Below are positions 38,205-45,947 of a DNA stretch of 64,000 nt, piece by piece (positions within the stretch are counted from its first letter, which is position 1; each line of letters opens with the position of its first letter). The notes beneath the pieces were generated by a model that saw only the letters and a list, made by a program, of their open reading frames with translations, was not told the origin of the DNA and searched no databases. Made by a program: the position numbers and the translations under genes. The stretch is from an uncultured Alphaproteobacteria bacterium. GTDB taxonomy: Bacteria; Pseudomonadota; Alphaproteobacteria; JAJFIK01. The DNA lies in the NCBI GenBank assembly GCA_964561475.1, contig CAZLPU010000007.1:15367-79366 (forward strand). Direction: 5' to 3'.

Positions 38205-40322
38205 ATGAGCGGTATTGCGGGTTTCATCCATCTGGGCGCAGGCCGGATTGACAGCTACAGGCTTGCCACCATGACCGGTGCCATGGCTCATCGCGGTCCT
38301 GACGATGAGGGCTTTGTGGCCATGGACACTCCGTCGGGGCGCTGTCTGCCTTTGAGCGGTACCGGGACAATCCCTTCGGTGCGCCGTCGGCTTGTGCCCC
38401 TTTCGTCTCCCGGTCCCATGGCGCGGGTCGGACTTGCGCACCGGGACAATGCCCTGTCGGAACCATCGGAGGCGGCCCATCAGCCTTTTCTGTCCACGGA
38501 CCGGATGGTGTCTGTCGTCTCTGACGGTGAGATCCACAACGCAGCCGATTTGCGTCGGGACCTGGAGCGCAAGGGCCAGGCCTTCCGGACCAGGAGTAGT
38601 GCGGAAGTCATCCTTGTGGCCTACCGTGTGTGGGGTCCGGATTGTTTTGCCCGGTTCAACGGATCCTGGGCGATTGCCCTGTTCGACGCGGCGCAGAACA
38701 CCCTCATACTCAGCCGGGACCGGGTGGGGCAGAAGCCCTTGTTCTGGACCCGGATGGGTGAGGTGATCTATTTTGCGTCGGAAATCAAGGGTCTGCTGGC
38801 CCTGCCTGACGTGGGCGCAAAGCGTGGCCTTAATCGGGAAGCAGCCGCGCGCTGGCTTGGTCTGGGCGTCCGGGATTGTGGCCGGGCAACCTTCCTTGAG
38901 GGGATCGAGCGGGTGCCGGCAGGCACGGCGGGGCCCGTGAACAAGAGTTTTCCGTATTCCCTGGAGCGCTACTGGTCGTTGCCCCGTCGGCGGCTGCGTG
39001 CACGGGACATCAGCGTGTCGGATGCGGCGGACCGGTTGCGCAATCTCCTGTCGGATGCGGTGAAACTGCGCCTGCCCTGCGATGGCGCCATGGCGGTGGA
39101 GTTGAGCGGTGGTCTGGATACGGCCAGTCTCGTTGCGCTCAGCACCCGCGCGTCAGGCAGTGGTGTCACCACGTACACGGTAAAACACAATGCGGAAGAC
39201 CATCAATCGGGACAGTGTGGGGAGGAATTTCTTGCCCGGCAGGTGGCGGAGCGTTGGCGTACGGATTACCGGGTCCTGGTTCCGGGACCCTTGGGTTTCT
39301 GGCGTCATGCCGGGGCGTTCTCTCAGTTGCAGGATGAGCCCTATCATGGGCCCGGACTGTTTTCGCGGCAGGTATTATGGAGCCAGATGCGGGGGCAGGG
39401 CACAAGAGCGCTCATGACAGCGACGGGGGCGGATGAGATCTTCGCCGGTCAGATGCGTCATATTCAGTATGCCCTGGTCAGCATGATGCGCGGCGGCCGG
39501 ATGGGTGATCTTGCTGGCACCGTGATGGGCACCTCGAGCCTCTCCGATCCCGGGCGCGGCATGCGCCATACGTTCCAGGGCCTGTTGCGGGCCGCCGCCG
39601 TGGCTGCGGGGCGTCCGGATCCCTTCGCAGGCCGGTCATCCCTTGGCCGCCGATCAGGCGGCGGAGCATCAGCGGCCGGAAACGGAGTTGAGGCTTTCCA
39701 GTCGGTGCTGGCGGATCTGCGGCCCAGGCGGATCAATCCGTTCCGCGCCGCTGGGCTGGAGCGGGCACTGATCCAGGACATGAACGTCACCAGCATGCCG
39801 GGTTGGCTGGCCGCGATGGATCAGGGCGCCATGGGCGTGCCACTGGCCTTGCGTATGCCCATGCTTGATCCAAAGGTGCTTGATTTCGTCTTTACCCTGC
39901 CTGTTGCCTATTTGATCCGCGGCGGCTGGACCGGTTGGATCCTGCGCAAGGCCATGGAGCCGCTTCTGCCCGAGGCGACCGTGTGGCGGCGGCGGAGTTC
40001 GGTCCCAGGCACGTCCCGCGGGATTTCCCGGGACGGCTTCATGCGCCAGTCCCGACCCTATATCGATCTGCTCATCGAGCAAGGCGATGTGCCCTGGTTG
40101 GACAAACGCAAGGCAGAATCCGTCTACGGAGATTGGAAGGCGGTGTCTTTCCTGCTCTGGTATGAGCGGGTGATCAACGGCAACGATGCCCTGTTCCAGC
40201 GCATCGAGGCCCTGGCGGACCGTCAGTATGAGGCGGAAGGCCGCAAGGATGCCACCGGCCCGTTCGGCGCCTTCCGTCCAGCCTATCTCGAAGAAAGGGT
40301 TGAGACCGCCCAGGCCGCCTGA
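38205..40322 (+). CDS. Asparagine synthetase B-like amidotransferase homologue with Ser in place of the N-terminal nucleophile Cys.
   Basis: A GGAGGG RBS precedes the ATG at 38205. The N-terminus is MSGIAGFI (canonical form MCGI.G), followed by HRGPDDEG. The PP-loop is AVELSGGLDTASLVAL (SGGxDS-type). Confidence 0.8.
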   Translation: MSGIAGFIHLGAGRIDSYRLATMTGAMAHRGPDDEGFVAMDTPSGRCLPLSGTGTIPSVRRRLVPLSSPGPMARVGLAHRDNALSEPSEAAHQPFLSTDRMVSVVSDGEIHNAADLRRDLERKGQAFRTRSSAEVILVAYRVWGPDCFARFNGSWAIALFDAAQNTLILSRDRVGQKPLFWTRMGEVIYFASEIKGLLALPDVGAKRGLNREAAARWLGLGVRDCGRATFLEGIERVPAGTAGPVNKSFPYSLERYWSLPRRRLRARDISVSDAADRLRNLLSDAVKLRLPCDGAMAVELSGGLDTASLVALSTRASGSGVTTYTVKHNAEDHQSGQCGEEFLARQVAERWRTDYRVLVPGPLGFWRHAGAFSQLQDEPYHGPGLFSRQVLWSQMRGQGTRALMTATGADEIFAGQMRHIQYALVSMMRGGRMGDLAGTVMGTSSLSDPGRGMRHTFQGLLRAAAVAAGRPDPFAGRSSLGRRSGGGASAAGNGVEAFQSVLADLRPRRINPFRAAGLERALIQDMNVTSMPGWLAAMDQGAMGVPLALRMPMLDPKVLDFVFTLPVAYLIRGGWTGWILRKAMEPLLPEATVWRRRSSVPGTSRGISRDGFMRQSRPYIDLLIEQGDVPWLDKRKAESVYGDWKAVSFLLWYERVINGNDALFQRIEALADRQYEAEGRKDATGPFGAFRPAYLEERVETAQAA

Positions 40323-40427
40323 GACAGGTCATCGCGCCAGGTTCAAGGTGACCTAGGGCCACCCAGGTCCGCCCGGATCTTCCATACCCGTCATTGCGAC
40401 CGGATTTTCGTTCAGGGGAATTTCATC

Positions 40428-41621
40428 ATGACTGGTCCTTGCGTTCTTCACAGTACTGATATCTGGCTGCCATCCACACAGACCTGGCTGCACAATCAAA
40501 TTCGTTTCCTCCCCAGGCGCATCAATACCCATGTGGTTTGCGGCCGGGGAGAGAACCTTGACCTGTTCCCGGTGGACAATCTCCATGTGCTCCGGGTGCA
40601 GAACCCGGCCCGGTTCATTCTGGAGAAAGCCTTGATCAGGGCAGGGATCGCCCGGGGGCTGCCGTTTGTCGGTGATATCGCGCGACGGGTGGGGGCACGG
40701 ATCATTCATTCCCATTTCGGTCCCGGCGCCTGGGCGGATGCTCCCGCTGCCGCCCGGGCCAAGGCCCTCCATGTGGCCACCTTTTATGGTTATGACATTG
40801 ATCAGTTGCCCAACCGGGATCCCGCCTGGGCGCTGCGCTATCAGGACCTGTTCCAGAGTGTGGACCGGGTGCTGTGCGAAGGCCCCCATATGGGCCGGAA
40901 ACTGGAGGCGAGGGGATGCCCCGCTGCAAAAATCCGTGTTCATCCCTTAGGGGTGGATCTGGACCGTCTCGCCTACCGTCCCCGGCTGAGGGCCCGGGGA
41001 GAGCCACTGCGGGTCTTGCTGGCCGCAAGCTTCCGGGAAAAGAAGGGTCTGCCCGACGCCATGCGTGCCCTGGGGCGCATCCGCAAGGAAGTGGTTCTGG
41101 AGATCACCGTGATCGGTGAGGCCCGGAACACGCCCGAGGATCAAAAGGAGAAAGCCCGCATTCTGGAGGCGGTCCTGGAGGCGGGCCTTGAGCGCCACGT
41201 GCGCTTTCTGGGTTATCAGTGCCATGACCGTCTCCATGAGGAAGCCGCCCGCCACCATGTCTTCCTCCAGCCCAGCCGCCACGCCTCCGATGGCGATTCC
41301 GAGGGCGGAGCACCGGTCACGCTCATTGAGATGGCCGCCACGGGGATGCCTATCGTCTCCACGGAGCATTGCGACATTCCCCAGGTCGTCCTCCACGGTC
41401 AGACCGGGCTTCTGGCCCCGGAAGGCGATGTGGATGCCCTGGCGGCCCAGCTTCTATGGTGTGCCCGCCGTCCCGATGCCTGGCGTCCCATGCTCGACGC
41501 CGGTCGGGTCCATATCGAACGCCAGTTCGACGCGGCGGGACAGGGGCTCGCCCTCGCCGATCTCTACGAAGACCTGCTCAACCCCCGCCCGGCCCAAACC
41601 TGGCTGCCCCAAGCGGCGTGA
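40428..41621 (+). CDS. Glycosyltransferase family 4 (WcaL-like).
   Basis: The C-terminal block VFLQPSRHASDGDSEGGAPVTLIEMAATGMPIVSTEHCDIPQVV matches the GT4 E..G....EAMA.G.PVV pattern. Confidence 0.8.
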   Translation: MTGPCVLHSTDIWLPSTQTWLHNQIRFLPRRINTHVVCGRGENLDLFPVDNLHVLRVQNPARFILEKALIRAGIARGLPFVGDIARRVGARIIHSHFGPGAWADAPAAARAKALHVATFYGYDIDQLPNRDPAWALRYQDLFQSVDRVLCEGPHMGRKLEARGCPAAKIRVHPLGVDLDRLAYRPRLRARGEPLRVLLAASFREKKGLPDAMRALGRIRKEVVLEITVIGEARNTPEDQKEKARILEAVLEAGLERHVRFLGYQCHDRLHEEAARHHVFLQPSRHASDGDSEGGAPVTLIEMAATGMPIVSTEHCDIPQVVLHGQTGLLAPEGDVDALAAQLLWCARRPDAWRPMLDAGRVHIERQFDAAGQGLALADLYEDLLNPRPAQTWLPQAA

Positions 41622-41654
41622 TACGACAACAAAGCCCGTAACAGTGGTCAGCCG

Positions 41655-43178
41655 TCAGCCACATTGGCCACTTGCAGGCCTCACTTTGGGAGTTGAGGGC
41701 GCCTTATTCAGGCGAAATTGCCTCCGGCCTTGCTTTGCACCATGTTCATAGAAGAGCTGCGTGATAGCCTTGTTTTCATTCTCGTTGATTTCGAGAACCT
41801 GCCAGCAATAGCGCCGAGTATCGCATTTGCTGCTGTCCACGGTTTCAGCCAAAATGAAGCCCTCAAGCTCCTGATGTTTATCTTCGTCAAAGTATTTGAC
41901 GACAAAGTAATCTGGATCTCGATGAGTCCCCACTTTGCGTATCATTGCGTTTTCGTCGATATATTTTGTGGGATTAATGGGAATCATTGAATTCGCAGCA
42001 AGCCTCCATGGTCCGCGCTCTTTGCCAATTTTCTTCGCAGCTTCAAAGTCCTTGGCTGTCCAAAATGGAGTTGGACACGACAAAGTAGCTGGAAATTTGC
42101 GCCGTCTAAGGGAAGTCTCGTAATTTGCCGCACCATCCTTGCTTATGGAGACTATCACATCAAAACCGTGGGTCTCTTCCATAGTATCTGGAGGACGGTT
42201 CTCGATCCGATCTGTACCCATACCCTCGATTCCAAGCAATTTGGCCAAATCATTTGTGTAAGTCGGGCGGGAGCTTGCATAGGTGACAATGCCGGTCACT
42301 GGTACACCGGGTAAATCATACCGGGAGGGAATCATTTTGAAGTCAGTTTGAAGTTCTCCCTCAATACGGTTAAGAATATGACCTGGAATGTCGGGATCAT
42401 GAACAATTTGTATCTTTTTATCAAATGGAAGATTATTTTTAAACGCAATCCAAAACACCTCCGCTTGTCGGCATAATTTAATCAAATCATTATTTGCTGT
42501 TGTCTTTGCGACGTCAAAAACCTTTTGTGTTTTCTCAAATATATCAATTTTTTGACCAGCATCCCCGTTAAAAAATGAGTGATGATCATCGACTATCTTT
42601 TGACACACATCAATAGCATTCCACTCACTCTGAGAAGCAGTTTTAACTGGCATCCGAACTTTAAAATAATATTCAGGGACAAGTCCCCGTTTCTCAGATC
42701 GAACAGGATACAAGTCATCCGGATTTGTCGATAGAACCCGATAAATTACACCTTGACCATTCAGACCAATATCTGCGCCAGTCATTTGCGGCAACGGTTT
42801 CTTGGCTTGATCCTTAAGCGAGCGTCTCCACTGGTCCAATGTGTTACTTACGACTTTATCGACCAAAATTTTGCATGGTGCGTTAGCTTCAACATTGAAG
42901 TAAATTGATACGCATTCGAGTACCGTCTGCGCAACACTGCTCACATAGCTTTGAACTCTCGATTTATCGTTGATACTATGACGATACTCTACGATAATCT
43001 GGCTAATTATGTTTTTATGATTTATGTCATCTATCTCAAGAGTGACCTTTGTCGCGTCCACCTCATTTGGTGAAATGTCTTTCGAATGTGCCGTGGACGT
43101 GTATAAGGATATGGTCGCGGCTAAGCATACAAGCGAGAGCCTTTTGGCGACAGAGATTGATTGTAAGTGCGCGATCAT
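41655..43178 (-). CDS. Hypothetical exported protein (507 aa), family not recognised, encoded in low-GC DNA.
   Basis: This is the only long ORF in any frame across the region. The signal-peptide-like N-terminus is KRLSLVCLAATISLYTSTAHSKD. Codon choice is AT-rich, unlike all neighbours. The ATG overlaps the upstream ORF stop (ATGA). Confidence 0.6.
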   Translation of the reverse strand: MIAHLQSISVAKRLSLVCLAATISLYTSTAHSKDISPNEVDATKVTLEIDDINHKNIISQIIVEYRHSINDKSRVQSYVSSVAQTVLECVSIYFNVEANAPCKILVDKVVSNTLDQWRRSLKDQAKKPLPQMTGADIGLNGQGVIYRVLSTNPDDLYPVRSEKRGLVPEYYFKVRMPVKTASQSEWNAIDVCQKIVDDHHSFFNGDAGQKIDIFEKTQKVFDVAKTTANNDLIKLCRQAEVFWIAFKNNLPFDKKIQIVHDPDIPGHILNRIEGELQTDFKMIPSRYDLPGVPVTGIVTYASSRPTYTNDLAKLLGIEGMGTDRIENRPPDTMEETHGFDVIVSISKDGAANYETSLRRRKFPATLSCPTPFWTAKDFEAAKKIGKERGPWRLAANSMIPINPTKYIDENAMIRKVGTHRDPDYFVVKYFDEDKHQELEGFILAETVDSSKCDTRRYCWQVLEINENENKAITQLFYEHGAKQGRRQFRLNKAPSTPKVRPASGQCG

Positions 43179-44200
43179 TCCATAATCCCCGGTACGAGTA
43201 TCAGTGTACGAGTCGGTTCATGCCCCATCGAAGTGAGGCTTCGCTGCGGATGTGGGTAGGTCCGAACTGGGATATTTAAGCCAGTTGCCACAATACCCAA
43301 AGCATCACGAAGACAGCCTGGGCTCACTAATCTGTTTTCGCGAAGGATATATAGCCCAGGCTGCAGTATGAATGGTAATTTTTGGGCAAAGTCGAATGCT
43401 AGATTGTTCCATTCCGCGTGAGAAATGGTGTTAAAACTGATATGTGGTAGGATCTTCCGCAGATTCTTAAGTACTGTTGTGGACACCTGCAGATTTCCCT
43501 CTTTAATAAGTATGGTAATCCTTTCCGTGCTTAGCGGTAATAGATTACTGTCTTGATCCTGCGAGCAAGGCGCAGGTAGGCTTTCAGTCCATAAGGGCGT
43601 GGATTTGTCGTACACTCTATGGCCATATTGCTCGGTCGTCTCCGATCTATTCGGAATGTGTCCTATATTCCTGATCCTCCCGGCATCTGATGGTCGGCTT
43701 TTCTCATCGGTCATTGGCGCCTTTTTAGCGCCCTGCCCATTTTGGTCGGTATGAGATGCGGCAGTGGCTCGTAGTGCTTGGTCGAGAGCCTTATCCTGAT
43801 CCATCGCAGTTTCCTGCACAGACTCCGACGGGCCTCCGAAAATAAACGGAATGACAACCGCCAAAATAGTAAGGCAAAGCGCGAAGGCTTTATCAGGCGT
43901 CACCCATTCCCGAGGGTCCTTAAACCGCTTCCAGATATCTCTCAACGCCATTCAGGAGCCCTCTGATAAGCGCTTGACTCAACCTCTGCCGTGCATCGGC
44001 CACACGTGATGAGTGCGAAATAGACTCTGAGTTGTCGCTGATGCCACCGTTGAAATAAGTACTAACAGGACATTAACAAGCGCAACCTGACACTTGCGAG
44101 GAATGCCTGATAAATGGTCAAGGTTCTGAGATGGTTGTGTTTTGTGGTCTATGTGCAACAGACGCGTTGGCAATCGTATTGGGATTACCGTGGTTGCAGG
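41700..44200. other. Compositional island: about 2.5 kb of low-GC DNA in a high-GC background.
   Basis: Hand counts on 60-nt lines give 30% at 42961-43020, 35% at 42421-42480 and 42% at 44101-44160. The flanking line 41401-41460 gives 67%. GC rises gradually at both edges. Confidence 0.7.
43175..43951 (-). CDS. Hypothetical membrane-anchored protein (258 aa), family not recognised, encoded in low-GC DNA.
   Basis: A GAGGG RBS lies 8 nt upstream of the ATG. A short basic N-terminus is followed by one TM helix (AFALCLTILAVVIPFIFGG), a polar, probably disordered linker, and a ~130-aa C-terminal domain. Confidence 0.55.
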   Translation of the reverse strand: MALRDIWKRFKDPREWVTPDKAFALCLTILAVVIPFIFGGPSESVQETAMDQDKALDQALRATAASHTDQNGQGAKKAPMTDEKSRPSDAGRIRNIGHIPNRSETTEQYGHRVYDKSTPLWTESLPAPCSQDQDSNLLPLSTERITILIKEGNLQVSTTVLKNLRKILPHISFNTISHAEWNNLAFDFAQKLPFILQPGLYILRENRLVSPGCLRDALGIVATGLNIPVRTYPHPQRSLTSMGHEPTRTLILVPGIME

Positions 44201-44512
44201 CAGGAAGCTGAAGGCGTGGCCTCGTTCCACACGGTAGGAAGTTGGTCCAAAGCTGACTAGAAATTGCCGCACTTGGGGCGTCGGTTTGGCTCTATAAGGG
44301 CCTGACGGAAAAGTGACCCGGGCCGGAAGGGCTGGAAGCGGGCCTGGAGAGATGTGATGCCCGGCGCTTGGTCGATCTGTTCTGGGCCATGGTCTGGCGG
44401 TGACGCAGCCTTTCGTATCACGCTGGCTTGTCAGGCCGGGCACCGGTGTCCTTGTTGAACCATGCTGCTGACCTCGTTTTGGAGGAGTTTGACCGTGCCG
44501 ACTGAGTCCCCC

Positions 44513-45718
44513 ATGCAGCCCGCGGCCAAATCGGGCCTCAACGCCAGGCAATCGGGTAATGCCGAACATTCGCTGACCCCGGCCCTCATGCCGGACGGGG
44601 CGCGGGACCGGGTTCGGGCCTGGCTCAGCGGCGATGCTCTGCCCCTGTGGGCTGAAAAGGGTGTCGAACCCAACGGCGCCTTTCTGGAACAGCTCACCAC
44701 CGATGGCGCGCCGGATCCGGACGCGGTGCGGCGGATCCGGGTGCAGGCCCGGCAGGTCTATGTTTTTGCCCAAGCCACTCTGCTCGGCCTTGGTGATTGG
44801 CGGGATGAGGCGGCCCACGGTCTGGAATGGCTGGTGAAAAAGGGCTGGGATGAGAAGGACGGCGGTTTCTTCCACCACCTTAACGGCGACGGTACCGTGG
44901 CGAACGGGAAGAAAGATACCTACGACCACGCCTTCGTCCTGTTCGCCCTGGCCCACGCCAAGCTGGTCGATCCCCACGGCATTGCCGACACCTGGATCGG
45001 CAAGACCATGGAATACATCGAGCGGGATCTGACCGACGCCGATGCCCCGGGAGCCCTGGCCTTCCATGAGGGCGTGCCCCGGGTTCTGCCACGGCGCCAG
45101 AACCCGCACATGCACCTGACCGAAGCCTTTCTGGCGCTTCACAATGCAACGGGTGATTCGGCCTATCTGGAGCGGGCCGGCAAGCTTGTGGACCTGTTCC
45201 GGAGCCATTTCTTCCACAAGGAAACAGATACGCTGGCGGAATTTTTCACCGACGACTTCAAGCCGGTGGAGGGGGATCCGGGCCTCATCGTGGAGCCGGG
45301 ACACCATTTCGAATGGGTCTACCTCCTCGATGCCTATGCAGACGCCGCCCTCAAGGAGACCCTGCCCGAAGCGGAGGCCCTCTTTGCCGTGGCCCGGGCC
45401 CGGGGCATCGATCCGGTCTCCGGTCTGGTCTATGACGAGATCTGGCGGGACGGGGGCACCGCCAAGGAAACCAAGCGCATGTGGCCCCAGACGGAAGCCC
45501 TGCGCGCCCATGTGATTCGGGCCAAGGACGATTCCCTGCTGGTCTCCGCTGCGGAAGAATGGCTCGATCGGATTTTCCGCTATTATCTCGATCCGGCACC
45601 GGCCGGCACCTGGCGGGATGTCATGGGCGCAGATAACCGGCCCGTTGAAGGCAAGCCGATCCCCGCCAGCACCTTCTACCATGTGCTTTCAGCATTCAGT
45701 GCAGTGCTGGAGGCGTGA
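44513..45718 (+). CDS. AGE-family (N-acylglucosamine 2-epimerase superfamily) epimerase/isomerase, often annotated as mannose-6-phosphate isomerase.
   Basis: WLSGDALPLWAEKG, YDHAFVLFALAHA, NPHMHLTEAFLAL, EPGHHFEWVYLL and MWPQTEALRA are present. The start is uncertain (44462, 44513 or 44588). Confidence 0.8.
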   Translation: MQPAAKSGLNARQSGNAEHSLTPALMPDGARDRVRAWLSGDALPLWAEKGVEPNGAFLEQLTTDGAPDPDAVRRIRVQARQVYVFAQATLLGLGDWRDEAAHGLEWLVKKGWDEKDGGFFHHLNGDGTVANGKKDTYDHAFVLFALAHAKLVDPHGIADTWIGKTMEYIERDLTDADAPGALAFHEGVPRVLPRRQNPHMHLTEAFLALHNATGDSAYLERAGKLVDLFRSHFFHKETDTLAEFFTDDFKPVEGDPGLIVEPGHHFEWVYLLDAYADAALKETLPEAEALFAVARARGIDPVSGLVYDEIWRDGGTAKETKRMWPQTEALRAHVIRAKDDSLLVSAAEEWLDRIFRYYLDPAPAGTWRDVMGADNRPVEGKPIPASTFYHVLSAFSAVLEA

Positions 45719-45947
45719 CCCGCCCCGACGGGCATGGTAAATCCCTGCGCGACTGAAGGGGCCCATTCACGCGGCGCCCAATTCCCATGCCCCGGCCCAT
45801 CAAGCCCCGGTCCGATATGCGCTCTGGACACCCACTCCCATAACGAACAGCCCATCAGGCCCGTGTTTCCTGAGAGGCCCTTGTTTGAAGGGAGATTTGG
45901 TGTTTCCAGAAGGATCCGGGGCAATCGGTATCGAAAGCGAGGACAGG

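Noticed and set aside
41640-44300. The low-GC insert as a recognisable mobile element (IS, integron cassette, prophage remnant).
   Set aside because: No transposase, integrase, terminal inverted repeats, attC-like structure or tRNA target could be found. Only a 9-bp direct repeat of marginal significance is present. It is therefore reported as a compositional island, not as a mobile element.
43979-45682. 567-aa minus-strand ORF adjacent to the low-GC cassette.
   Set aside because: It lies mostly antisense to the AGE-family gene, which has clear family motifs. The translation is Gly/Pro/Arg-rich and featureless. I considered it as a third cassette gene, but its composition is host-like shadow sequence.
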